This document shows, piece by piece, positions 26,133 to 37,725 of a DNA stretch of 64,000 nucleotides. Every line of letters starts with the position of its first letter. Position 1 is the first letter of the stretch. A program made the position numbers and the translations under genes. A model generated the notes under the pieces. That model saw only the letters and a list, made by a program, of their open reading frames with translations. It was not told the DNA's origin and made no database searches. This stretch comes from Dendrobates tinctorius (taxonomy: Eukaryota): the NCBI RefSeq assembly GCF_039654945.1, contig NW_027361696.1, forward strand, positions 67,828,001 through 67,892,000. Reading direction: 5' to 3'.

Positions 26133-29034
26133 CAGGGCTGTGGAGTCGGAGTCTGAGTCGGAGTTAGTTTTGGTTGGAGTCGGAAGAAATGTACCGACTC
26201 CAGCTTTAAAAAAAAATGTATTAATATTTCATAATTGAACTTTCATATGAATTTTATAAATGTTACTCAAATATATATGTTCTATCAAACTATGAAGAAC
26301 AGTGATAATCAGTTCTGCTGGAGATAGAGACATTTCTTACTTCTTGTGTGTCACTGTTCTCCACTGCCCTTATCTAATCTTATACTTGGTTAACCTCATG
26401 CTGCCCCAACCCCCCTACTTACAATGTATGAAACTGAAAGTGAAAATGTGTTGCAAATTCTTAGTAGTAAAGCTCCTCCTCTAGACTAGATCATACTAGG
26501 TGTGCGTCTTCCAAGCATCTCACAGCTGCCTGCTACTCAGAAGAGGAAGACTGTAAGAAGTATTATCCTTTCAACAAACTTTGCGTCATTTAACTGTGAG
26601 TACATGAGGAATAATAACAGTATTACTGACCACTATATCAGTTGTACGACCTGGCAATAATTTTGTACAATTGTTTTTAGGAAAAACAATTGTCATTTGG
26701 ATTGTGAATGCAGAATTAAAAACCTGAGAATGTCAAAGAAGCATCACATTAAATCAGCTGTATTTGAACATTTCACCATCACTCAAGATAGAAAACATTA
26801 TGTCTGTCAGTGTATGACAAATGATCCAGACGAAAACAAATGCTGTGAAGCCAAGATGAGTGCATATTCAGGCAAAGATAAAAATGCTCCTACCAGAGCT
26901 TCTAATCTAAAGAGACATTTACAGCGCTTTCATCCAGAAGTACTGAAAGCAGTGGATGAGAAAGACTGCATCCAAACCAATGAACCAGTGCCCAGCTCTT
27001 CCAGCCAAACAAAGGAGCAGAGAACTTTGCAGCCATCAGTTGCAAGATATTTTGTCAGTGACAAAGTTACTGTGACAATGACAGTAGATACATTTAAAAA
27101 ACAGATCATAGAGCTTGTTGTAAAGGATAGTGTGCCTGTTTCATTATTTTCACGACCAGCTTTTATGTGTCTGAATGGGGAAATGGCCCGCAAGCTTGGT
27201 GTTTCTCTGGAGAGAGAGAGTATTAGAAAATTAGTAATCGAAGAAGCTTTTAAACAAAAGGAAGAACTTAAAAAAACTCTCAAGGGACGCTTTCTGTTTC
27301 TTAAAATGGATCCTGCACACGTCACAGAGTGAACTATTTTGCCATCAATGTCCGATTTGTTTGTGACAAAAATGAAATAGTTACCAAGACATTGGCAGTA
27401 AAAGACACCAAAGCTCATCACACCAGTGAGTTTCTCCAGGTCTTGGTGGAAAAGGTTCTGCAAGACTATGAACTTAAAAAAGAGCAAGTTCTTTCTGTCG
27501 TAACTGACAATGCTTCAAATATGATAAGTACTATTAAGCTAATGAATGAGAGTAATGATGGTGACCAGCAGCTAGAAGAACATTCTGGGTCCACAGACAC
27601 AGAAATGTTTGAAATAGAGGAACACAGTATTGTAACTGAGGAGCAAACTGAAGTTGCTTCAGATGAACAGCAACATGATAGTTTAGATGATCTTGTTGAA
27701 ACTGTGTCAATATGTTCTTTCATTCATCACATGCGCTGTGTTGTGCATACGATACAGCTGGCTATAAGAGACAGTCTGCAAGAAGGACATACTGCTGCAC
27801 TGATTGGCAAGGTGAGAAAATTGGCTACTGTTGCCAGAACCTCTAAAGTTGACTCAATTTTGAAAAGACGTGCTGGAAAAGGGGCAATTATTGATCAAGC
27901 CACACGATGGGGCAGTACTTACTTAATGATTCAGCGCTTGGTTGAACTGAAAACCTTTCTTGTAGACATGGCTACCCTCAACTGACGCTAAATGAAAGTC
28001 AGTGGAATCAGGTGACTGAGCTGGAAAAATTGCTAGAGCACCCATTTACAGTGACTAAAAAATTACAAGCAGAGGACTTAACTCCAGGTATTTTCTTAAA
28101 GGAGTGGAAGAACCTGATGTTTCGCCTGTCCCAAAGAGGAGGGTTAATTGCAAGTGGCATTGCTACATCAATGAAACGGAGAGAGGAGCTACTATTACAA
28201 AATAACATTCTTTTGGCAGCTGTTTATGTAGACCCAATGCATCGGATTCTTCTAGATGATCAATAGCTAAGTAAAGGAAAAGAAGCTCTGTTTGAAATAG
28301 CAGTAAGGATGAAAGGGTTGCAGAACAGTCAGGAGGAACAAGAAGAATTTGGTCGTCCTGCCACATCTTCACCCTCATCATCAACTGATGAAGAATTTAA
28401 TTTCGAAAAATATTTGGATCACAAGGACCGTGCAAAGCGTTCCCGCATAGAAGAAGAGTCATCCCCATCAAGGAACATAGCCAGTACATTTCAGCAGAAT
28501 TTTTCATGTGCACTAAAAGAAATTGAGAAATTTGACCGTTCATCAAAAATAACAGTGCAACAAGCGATTCCTCTGTATCCTGACATTGTCAGAGATGTTG
28601 CCCGAGTGGTTACTGCTTTGCCACCAACACAAGTTAGTGTAGAGAGGTTGTTCTCTGCTCTCAAAATAATTAGATCAGATTTGAGGGCATCCATGAAGGA
28701 GGATCTGACAGAGGCAATACTTTTTCTGAGGACAAATTTATAGATTTCTTCTTATTAACTGCATAAAAGTGTTTATTGCATATTTACTTACAGTTTAGAA
28801 AAGTTTATAAAAGTTATTTGTTATATTCTAATTGTAATCTAATAAATGTCGTTTTTGCTCTAAGTGGTCTGATTACTTATATGATGGTGAGAAACTGAAT
28901 AAGCACGATGTTTAATATTTTACAACAGTAAATTTGTTGTTATGAATTGGCCATTTATGAAGGAGTCGGAGTCGGAGCCTGATAAAATCAAGGAGTCGGA
29001 GTCGCAACTGTGGCTTACCGACTCCACAGCCCTG
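26133..29034 (+). mobile_element. hAT DNA transposon (2902 bp)
   Basis: 17-bp TIR CAGGGCTGTGGAGTCGG; subterminal GGAGTC repeats; 8-bp TSD TAGCACAG/TAGCATAG; empty site TAGCACAG at 47400-47407. Confidence 0.95.
26730..28743 (+). pseudogene. hAT transposase pseudogene (BED finger, DDE core, dimerisation domain)
   Basis: VFEHF..C..C..SNLKRHLQRFH; KMD; VTDNASNM; CVVHTIQLA; TRWGS; PPTQVSVERLFS. Frameshifts near 27312 and 27980; in-frame TAG at 28264-66. Confidence 0.9.
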
Positions 29035-29732
29035 TAGCATAGATGAAGCATCTGCACTAGTGGTATAGCATAACGCAATCGCGTTATGCTATAGTGTTAA
29101 CGCAGCCCGTCAACGCTATGCGTGGAACGAGCTGCCTTAACGCAGTATGAACCTGGCCTTACCCGACGGCTAAGTGTGCCATGACCATGGTTGTAAGTGT
29201 CATGTCCAAATAACAAGAGTCAGCATGGAATTAGATAACCAGCCACCAATATCAACTTTCCTGGCACCAACACCTCGACTATAAATTGATGCTAGTTTTT
29301 TTGCTCACCGATAATAGTAGGAAAATGGTGACATGTTATAGTTGACCTACAGAAAAATAGAAAACTTAAATCCCTAACTAACACCATCAGGATTTCAAGG
29401 GTTTGTCCCATAAACAATTCACAGGTTAGAAAGAAAATATACGATTGCTGGGGTACAGAGGTTCCAAAATTCTGTGTGAATAGAGTACATTCACTTTTAA
29501 AGGCAGTGAAAGGAACAGTGATGGGTAATGGTCCCAGCAGCCTGTCCCTTCAAAGATCAGACCACCAGGATATGAAATTTCCATTTATTTACAGGACAAC
29601 TTTTGTGTTCACTGCCAGAATGTGAAAGGTTCAACTACTAGTGGTTCAGGATTCCTGAGCAACCAACCATTCTCTGAGGAGGTAGAGAATATGGGGTCTG
29701 TGCTCTTCAGAAATTTGGGTAACTGTGGTTTA

Positions 29733-30162
29733 GGCCGGGGTCACATTTGCGAGAAGTACGGATGAGTGCTATGCGATAAAACATTGCCTAGCACTCAGAC
29801 TATTAATCTATGGGGCAGCTCCCATAAATGTTATTTTTCTCGGCCGTTTTCAGCATCCGAGTGAAGTCGCAGCATGCTCCGATTTGCACCAACACTCGGC
29901 CGAGTGTTGGCGCACTTGCACCCATATAAGCATATGGGTGCGAGTGACAGAGCACACTCGGATATCATCTAAGTGCTGTATGCCGAAAGTGGAGGCGATA
30001 GAGAAATTCTTTTCTCTGCCTTCTCTGCAGTTGTGCTCCAATCCTCTGTGCGAGAGGCTCGGAGCACAGTCGCAAGACACTCAGCTTCCGCTCGCGGCAG
30101 AGCAGGAGCCGAGGGTCATTAGCATATTACATCCGATGCCATACGCTAGTGCGACTCCAGCC
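29733..30162. mobile_element. Harbinger-type MITE (mostly deleted in unit B at ~48190)
   Basis: TTA|GGCCGGGGTCACA...TGCGACTCCAGCC. Confidence 0.6.
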
Positions 30163-31533
30163 TTGGAGAAGTTCTTCCAACTGAGTTAAAGTGTTGCAGT
30201 AATTCATCTTTCCAGCCTGTATATACCTATCCTAAAGTCATATTGTAGATATCTGACATCAGAACCTGGTGTCATATCCTCAGCAAATCAGAGGGTTGGC
30301 TTTGTTTTTGTGCACAATGCTGAGCCATGTTCAGTGAGTCATTAAAGCAACATACAAAGACTACAGTACAGCCTCCGTGTACCATGAGATCATGATGTAT
30401 GTATGTAGGTGTATGGCAGATACGAGTCACTGAGACTTCTTGGCTCGGTGATGTAAGTCCTTGAAGAATAGTCTACTCTATGTATATTGCCATCCCTTAT
30501 TACACAGTGCCATGTGTGACACTGTACACAAAATACCATAAGGGATTGCCCAATAAATAACTAGAGAGGATGATACATAAGGGACGCCCCTTCCAGCAAT
30601 ATCCCCCATACTGGGCACTTTCCTAGGATAACGTATCTCACCCTTGCCTCCTTCTAGGTATATATGCCCCCCCATCCTGATATAAATGTCCCACAACCTG
30701 CTATAATGTGACCTGTTTTGTAATACATTAAAAACAAAATACTGTTCACCCTCCCCATGCGTCCTCTTCTACAGCCTTTGTGGGAGCTGGCAGTAGACTT
30801 TGCATCCCCATCATGGCACAAAGCATCACTGCCATGCGCCCCAGTCAGGTGCACGCCGACGTCAGCTTCCGGCCTCTGATCGGCCAGCAGTGTGTATTGC
30901 AATGCAGGGAGGTGACTGGTTCTCTGCAACACATTTCATCTGAATGTGCATCCGAGGACACATATCAAACCGAAGTAGTCGTCGCTGGTTACGGGCCCCT
31001 GTAAAGCTGCACGGCCGTAGCATTAGTGCATAAAAAAAAAAAAACAAGACTGAATCTGTGCTTGCGAAGGGTGTGTGTATCACCAACCAATCACGAAGCA
31101 TCTTTCATTTCACCAGAGCTGTTCAAAAGAAACTGAGCTGTGATTGGTTGCTATGAGCAACAGTTTTCCTTGCAACCAATCACTAAGCATCTCATTTCAC
31201 CAGAGCTGGTTAAATGAAGCCGAGCTGTGATTGGTTGCTATGAGCAAGTTTTCCCACTTGACAACACCTCAGCAGACACTAACATGGTGGGAGAAATCTA
31301 GCATCCCCAGGAACATAAGCTCCCAGCCATTGTCTGCCCCCCCAGAAAGGAGCACGGAGCACAGAGCACATAACAGAAATGAATCCCCCCTCCCGTGGAT
31401 CAATGGTATGCAAGTTAGGGCAAATCCACTCAGCGTTTTGGTACTGACCCCAGGCCTTTCTTAAAGGGATCTCCGGTATGGAAGGCAGGGTAAATCCATC
31501 CAGTGCTTTCGTTCTGACCCCATGTCTCGCTTA

Positions 31534-32436
31534 GGCTGAGTTCACACGTGGCTTTTTTTCGTGTTTCCGCGGCGGTTTTAACCGCGCAATTTTGCAGCGA
31601 AAATGCGAAAAATAAGCATTCCATGCATTCCTATGGGATTCCGCAATGCTGTACTAATGCTGCGGTTTTTACCGCGGCGGAATCGCTTCGCGGTAAAAAC
31701 CGCAGCATGCTCATTAATTTGCGGAATCGCGGCGATCCCCCACCCATAGGAATGCATTGTTCCGCTTACTTTCCGCATGTGGCTGTGCCCACCATGCGGA
31801 AAGTAAGCAGAACAATTGCGGATGGTACCCATGGTCCGGAGGAGAGGAGACTGTCCTCTGGGCTTTGGGTACAATATCCCTGTAAAAAATAGAATTTAAA
31901 ATAAAAAATATTGTTATTCTCACCCTCCGACGTCCCGCGCAGCCTTCCCGCCTCTCTCCACGCTCCCGTTCCCAGTAGTCCTTTGCGAAAATGCCCGCGA
32001 TGGCGTCCGTTCTCGCGGGATCGCGAAGTCTCGGTCATTCGTGCGACGTCATCGCGAATTACCGCGAGACGTCGCGATCCCGCGAGAACTGACGTCATCG
32101 CGGGCATTTTCGCAAAGGATTACTGGGAACGGATGCGCGGGACGTCGGAAGGTAAGAATAACACCATTTTTTATTTTTTTTTTACATTCTATCTTTTACT
32201 ATTGATGCCGCATAGGCGGCCTCAGTAGTAAAAAGTTGGTCACACTTTTTACCTGTCAATCAGTTCCCCAAGCGATGCTACAGATCGCTTGGAGAACGCT
32301 AGCATTTTGCAAGCTAATTAAGCTTGCAAAATGCTAGTTTTTCCGCGGGAATTTAAATTGCGATTTTCCCGCGGACTGGAATTCCGGAATTCTCGCGGTA
32401 ATTTCCGCGAGAGTTCTGGTACGTGTGCACTTAGCC
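31534..32436. mobile_element. Long MITE, TTA TSD, specific to unit A
   Basis: TTA|GGCTGAGTTCACACGT...ACGTGTGCACTTAGCC|TTA; empty site at 49520; near-identical inverted copy at 53616-54478. Confidence 0.9.
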
Positions 32437-33115
32437 TTAAAGGGATCCTCGGTATGGAAGTCAGGGCAATTGCCTTCAAATGCTCTGGTACTGACCCCAG
32501 GCTCTCTTAAAGGGATCTCCTGTACGGAAGTTAGGGCAAATCCCTCAGCGCTCCGATTCTGACCCCAGGGTTCTATTAAAGGGATATATAGCAGGGGTAT
32601 CTCAAAACCAATGTCAGATATTTAGAGGTAGCAAATTGGTATATCATGAACTATAAAACATAACCTTTAATGATTCCTTAAAAACCATGCATCAAATCTA
32701 GACAAACATGTGCCAAAGTGCAATTGTGTAGTGCTCTATTTAAAAACAAACCGTTATGTACTTTATGAGGTACCATATGGCCCTAGACATTATCGTATTT
32801 CTTGTCCAAATATTTACCTGGACTCTCCGACCATATGGGCCTTATACATATATATTCATATGCCAAAGGGCCTTTATGTCATCAGAATTATTACTTGTTA
32901 GACATATACTCAGCCCGTATACAAATAGCATAGCGTGTGTACAGCACCGGTCAAATGCATAAACATAAAATCACCTCATCAGCAATTTATATCTATTTAT
33001 GATACCACTGTAGAAACTGAAACCGCTGTACTTATCTTTGGACGCTTCTATAAATAGCGGATGATCAGGTAAGGTCCATCTGAAAACCCCAGAATCATGA
33101 CCCGATCTCCAGAAT

Positions 33116-33166
33116 TGTCACCCAACGCGTTTCATCAATGTCTGACTCATCAGGGGTATTGTGACA
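33116..33166 (-). ncRNA. Type I minimal hammerhead ribozyme in the 3' pseudo-LTR
   Basis: UGUCA-CAAU-ACCC CUGAUGA GUCA-GACAU-UGAU GAAA CGCG UU GGGU-GACA: full catalytic core, palindromic stem III, GUU cleavage triplet. Confidence 0.85.
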
Positions 33167-33984
33167 TCTTTTTCTGGCGCATAGCTCGCCCATTGTGAAA
33201 TAGCTGCCTTTTATAAATCGCGGCATACCGCGGCTTATTGCCGTTTCCGGTTGCCCCGTTCAGTACTTCCGGTTTGCGCATGACGCCGGCATCTGCTCAG
33301 GAAACTTGCCCCACTTCCTGGGTTTTCCTAAACAGGCGCCGCGCGTCATGTTGGGACAGGAACCGACCCTACCCTGCCCCACTTCCTGGGCGTAACCGGG
33401 CCTGTCGGTCTGCATATCAAAATATTGCGTGATTGGTCTACGCAGTCACCTGACCATCACGTACCATTAGGAGCCGCTCACTTTGTTTTACTACATCAAT
33501 CTAATAGTGCGGCTTCATTTACTCAATCACAAAATGTTGATTGCGTCCCCCTATCATTACTTATACGGGATCTGAATTATTAAGTCATTTTATGATTGCA
33601 TAGGCGTTATGAATCAGTACAAAACGCCAACACCCATATTATGGACATTGTCAAGGATTATCTTGTGAATAAAAACAAATTCTTTACACCCCATCGTAGG
33701 GAAAGAAACAGAAAAAAGAAAAAGAAAAATAATCAGGGTACCATCTGCAAATTATGTATAATGTGGAATTTGTTCAATTATTTTGTTGCATGCATAATAG
33801 GGGATACCACCAACCTCCATGTATCTGTAGGAATTATAGAAAGGGTGCCCACTAGATCTGGCCCTAAATGTCCCTAACTGACTGTTCCCTACCTCACGCG
33901 GAGGTTGGCACCCTAAATTCCTGCGCAATGGCGCCCCCACTCCTCGTCGGCTCTCCCTGAGCTAAAAAGCCCTATTAAAACTCC

Positions 33985-36378
33985 CTACAAGAAGGAAGAA
34001 AAGGATAGTGTCTCATTAAGTCCTTTGGGATATACAGATTGTAATGAGAAAATCCAATATGCTTCTCTTTGGAGTATACGTTTATCCCAATCACCTCCTC
34101 TTGGATTTTGGGGGACCTTTTCTATGCCCATGAAACTGACCGCCTTCACATCACCCTTATGTCTTTGATTGACATGAGTGGCTACCGGTGTATCACGTTT
34201 AAGAATTATATCTCTATGGTGTTCACCTACCCTCACCCTCAACTCCCTCTTTGTCTTGCCGATGTATTCAAGGCCACAACTACAGGTGATTTTATATACC
34301 ACTCCTATTGATCTGCAATTAATGAATTGACCAATACGATAGATCTTTCCTGTAACATTGCTCTGAAATTCTTTACTTTGGTGAATAGAGGTACAATATT
34401 TACAGCTACCACATCTGTAACAGCCTTTCGGCTGTGTACCTAACCATGTTGGGCTGTATGAGGTTCTCTGGGTATAATGACTGCGGACCAACCTATCCCT
34501 CAAGGAGCGGCCCCTCCTAAATGTAATTTGTGGATTATCCGAGATCAAGCCTCCAAGATCTTTGTCCATACATAGAATTGGCCAATGTCGGTTCATAATG
34601 GCTCTCAGCTCATTTGCCCCATTGGAAAAAGTGGTGATGAACCTTATGATATTGTCTTCATTGGTTTGCTGTTTGGGTATAAGTAGTTCTTTTCTTTCCT
34701 TCTCTACCGTAGATTTATAAGCCCCTTTAAGAATGTCATCTGGGTATCCTCGTTCATGAAAACGAGATCTAAGATCATCTGCTTGTCTCTTAAAGTCTCT
34801 CTGCTCAGTACAGTTCCTTTTCATGCGTAGGTACTGGCCTTTAGGAATACCTTTTTTCAGGGGGACTGGATGGCTGGATTCCCATCTTAGAAGGGAGTTC
34901 GTAGAGGTAGGTTTCCTGTATGTTTCTGTAACTATACGGCCATTTTCTCCCCTCTTAATGACTATGTCCAGAAAGGGTAGTCTATTCACACTAACCTCAC
35001 ATGTGAAGCTAAGACCAATATCATTTATATTAAGATCTTTCACAAAGGTTCTGAAACTGTTCTCATCACCTCTCCAAATAACAAATACATCGTCGATGTA
35101 GCGGAGCCATAGCACTATTTTGTCCTCCGCCACATCAACCTGCTCACCAAAAACGACATTTTCCTCCCACCAGCCCAGGAGCAAATTAGCGTACGATGGC
35201 GCACAGGGATTGCCCATCGCAGTGCCCCTGAGCTGATGGAAGAACCTGCCATCAAAAAGAAAAAAATTTTTTGTGAGACAGAATTCCAAGGCTTGCATAA
35301 CAAACAGGTTATGTCTCTTACATTGGACGCCCCTTGTCTTTAGGAAATAGTCCGCAGCCATCAGACCTTTATCATGGGGAATGGATGAGTACAAGGCTTC
35401 TACATCTATTGAACCCAATATCATATCGGTGTCCAATTCGATGTGGTCGAGTTTCAATAAAAGGTCGGTGGTATCCCTTGTATAGGAACTAAGTGATGTA
35501 ACAAATGGTCTTAGAATTTTGTCTACATATATACCCAGATTTTGGGTTAGACTTCCTATACCCGATATAATCGGTCGGCCTTTCAAGGGCGAAAGGCCTT
35601 TATGAATCTTAGGCAGAGCATAGAATGTTGCCACAGTCGGATGTTGTGGAATCAAAAATTCTTTCTCATTTTTATCAATGAGTTTTGCTTGGAGGGCCCC
35701 ATTCACCAACTTCTTAAGATCATTCAAGAAAGTGTTAGTGGGGTTATGTTCCATTCTTTCATATCCCATAGATCTATCTAACAATGAGTAGCACATGGTT
35801 TTATATTGTGCTACATCCATCAATACTATATTTCCCCCTTTATCTGCGGGCTTCACTATTATAGTATCATCTCTCTCTAGCTCCAGAAGCCCATCCATCT
35901 CAGACTTGGTAAGGTTATGGAATCGTCTTTTTTTCCCATTATCCAATTCCTTGATATCTCTAGATACCAGGTTGGCAAATATGTCAAGGGCCCCTATATC
36001 GTTGCTAATAGGTGGCATTTGTTTGCTCTTATTTTTTAATTGTGTGAATGGTCCCTCACCCAAATCGTTGGGATTCATATCCCCCAAATTGAACAAAAAT
36101 CTCACATCATTAAGTAGGTCTCCCTCTATACCCAATTCAGTGCAGCTTTTTTTATCCATATTAATGAAATGTTTTTTCCACTTAAGTTTACGAATGAAGA
36201 GCTGTAAATCCTTAATCGTTTCAAAACATTCAAGATCTGATGTTGGGACAAAAGACATCCCCTTACTGAGAACCGCCATCTGTTCTTTACTTAGGGATTT
36301 CGAGGAAAGGTTAATTATATGATTGTCTATACGGGGTTCCTGCCGTTGAACCTGTTTCTTAATGGGTAGCTTGTGTCT
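33985..36378 (-). CDS. Penelope ORF2: reverse transcriptase + Cys-rich linker + GIY-YIG endonuclease (first ATG 36279; frame open up to 36483)
   Basis: GRPIISG, SIDVEALYSSIP, QLRGTAMGNPCAPSYANL, WLRYIDDVF, LPFLD, YRKPT; CYRCGSCKYC; GVVYKITCSCGLEYIGKT..RVGEH..REAYWI..GLN; uninterrupted. Confidence 0.95.
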   Translation of the reverse strand, partial: RHKLPIKKQVQRQEPRIDNHIINLSSKSLSKEQMAVLSKGMSFVPTSDLECFETIKDLQLFIRKLKWKKHFINMDKKSCTELGIEGDLLNDVRFLFNLGDMNPNDLGEGPFTQLKNKSKQMPPISNDIGALDIFANLVSRDIKELDNGKKRRFHNLTKSEMDGLLELERDDTIIVKPADKGGNIVLMDVAQYKTMCYSLLDRSMGYERMEHNPTNTFLNDLKKLVNGALQAKLIDKNEKEFLIPQHPTVATFYALPKIHKGLSPLKGRPIISGIGSLTQNLGIYVDKILRPFVTSLSSYTRDTTDLLLKLDHIELDTDMILGSIDVEALYSSIPHDKGLMAADYFLKTRGVQCKRHNLFVMQALEFCLTKNFFLFDGRFFHQLRGTAMGNPCAPSYANLLLGWWEENVVFGEQVDVAEDKIVLWLRYIDDVFVIWRGDENSFRTFVKDLNINDIGLSFTCEVSVNRLPFLDIVIKRGENGRIVTETYRKPTSTNSLLRWESSHPVPLKKGIPKGQYLRMKRNCTEQRDFKRQADDLRSRFHERGYPDDILKGAYKSTVEKERKELLIPKQQTNEDNIIRFITTFSNGANELRAIMNRHWPILCMDKDLGGLISDNPQITFRRGRSLRDRLVRSHYTQRTSYSPTWLGTQPKGCYRCGSCKYCTSIHQSKEFQSNVTGKIYRIGQFINCRSIGVVYKITCSCGLEYIGKTKRELRVRVGEHHRDIILKRDTPVATHVNQRHKGDVKAVSFMGIEKVPQNPRGGDWDKRILQREAYWIFSLQSVYPKGLNETLSFSSFL

Positions 36379-37085
36379 AAAAAATGATCCCTCTGTGGGG
36401 AACCTCGACCAGATCCTCTCCCCGCACGTAAACTCCCCCTTCCCCTTACTCTCCCTCTTCCAGGTTTGTACCTCGTTTCTGAATCAGAAAACTCAGCCTC
36501 TGAAGATGATATATCTGTCTCCTGCGATCTGTTGGTTTTTCCGTAATACACTGAATATACTTTATTATCCCTGAATTCTTGTAAATCCCGGATAAAATAT
36601 TTATGCTTTCTTTCTTTCAGATGATATTGAAATTTTTCTATAATGTTTTGTAGACTAGATTCTTTCACCGTAAACTCGGCCTCTGCAGAAAATTTCTTCG
36701 TAACCTCTATCTGCTCTCTCAAACGTTCATTAATGTTATTTAACATACACTTCTCCTCCTCAAGGAGTATTTTCATAAGTTTCAATGAGCTATCCGTTGC
36801 TTCTTTCTCTAATTTGGCCAATAGTGTTGTATTCTTATATCTATAACCAAAGTTAATTGATATTCTAAGATGGCGGGGAACTATTCCTGCTTTTATATAA
36901 CTTTCCAAGCTCTGTACCTCCCACCACGAAGTGACCTGTTCTTTATAAACCTTGGTCAACTCTTTAAAAGCAGCACTGAAAGAGGGTATGTACTTTTTCT
37001 GTGTAAAGGTACCATCTGAAAATACATCTTTCGCTTCATTGATCCACTGATTGGTGTCTATTCCTGTAACAAGAAATCCTGCCAT
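36327..37085 (-). CDS. Penelope ORF1 (252 aa): coiled-coil protein with C-terminal RG/RGG-like tract
   Basis: Intact ORF between the 5' pseudo-LTR and ORF2; heptad-like LAKLEKEATDSSLKLMKILLEEEK..INERLREQI; GRGRVRGRGSLRAGRGSGRG. Confidence 0.8.
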   Translation of the reverse strand: MAGFLVTGIDTNQWINEAKDVFSDGTFTQKKYIPSFSAAFKELTKVYKEQVTSWWEVQSLESYIKAGIVPRHLRISINFGYRYKNTTLLAKLEKEATDSSLKLMKILLEEEKCMLNNINERLREQIEVTKKFSAEAEFTVKESSLQNIIEKFQYHLKERKHKYFIRDLQEFRDNKVYSVYYGKTNRSQETDISSSEAEFSDSETRYKPGRGRVRGRGSLRAGRGSGRGSPQRDHFLDTSYPLRNRFNGRNPV

Positions 37086-37632
37086 GTCCAACTATTACAA
37101 ATATATAGCAGGGGTATCTCAAAACCAATGTCAGATATTTAGAGGTAGCAAATTGGTATATCATGAACTATAAAACATAACCTTTAATGATTCCTTAAAA
37201 ACCATGCATCAAATCTAGACAAACATGTGCCAAAGTGCAATTGTGTAGTGCTCTATTTAAAAACAAACCGTTATGTACTTTATGAGGTACCATATGGCCC
37301 TAGACATTATCGTATTTCTTGTCCAAATATTTACCTGGACTCTCCGACCATATGGGCCTTATACATATATATTCATATGCCAAAGGGCCTTTATGTCATC
37401 AGAATTATTACTTGTTAGACATATACTCAGCCCGTATACAAATAGCATAGCGTGTGTACAGCACCGGTCAAATGCATAAACATAAAATCACCTCATCAGC
37501 AATTTATATCTATTTATGATACCACTGTAGAAACTGAAACCGCTGTACTTATCTTTGGACGCTTCTATAAATAGCGGATGATCAGGTAAGGTCCATCTGA
37601 AAACCCCAGAATCATGACCCGATCTCCAGAAT

Positions 37633-37683
37633 TGTCACCCAACGCGTTTCATCAATGTCTGACTCATCAGGGGTATTGTGACA
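37633..37683 (-). ncRNA. Type I minimal hammerhead ribozyme in the 5' pseudo-LTR
   Basis: Identical to 33116-33166, 4517 nt upstream on the element strand. Confidence 0.85.
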
Positions 37684-37725
37684 TCTTTTTCTGGCGCATA
37701 GCTCGCCCATTGTGAAATAGCTGCC

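Larger units (their letters stand above)
25925..29158. mobile_element. Harbinger-type MITE interrupted by the hAT element (uninterrupted paralog at 47200-47523)
   Basis: TTA|GGCTGGGGTCACACTGCGTTA...TAACGCAGTATGAACCTGGCC|TTA. Confidence 0.8.

Noticed and set aside
26697-28743. Host ZBED-family gene
   Set aside because: Has TIRs, an 8-bp TSD, an empty paralogous site and disabling mutations.
32710-32962. Short ORFs present three times (32710, 37227, 38503)
   Set aside because: Identical only because they lie in the pseudo-LTR copies; no coding signature.
35795-36322. 175-aa antisense ORF in the PLE (and 26930-27487 in the hAT)
   Set aside because: Opposite-strand shadows with no recognisable motifs.
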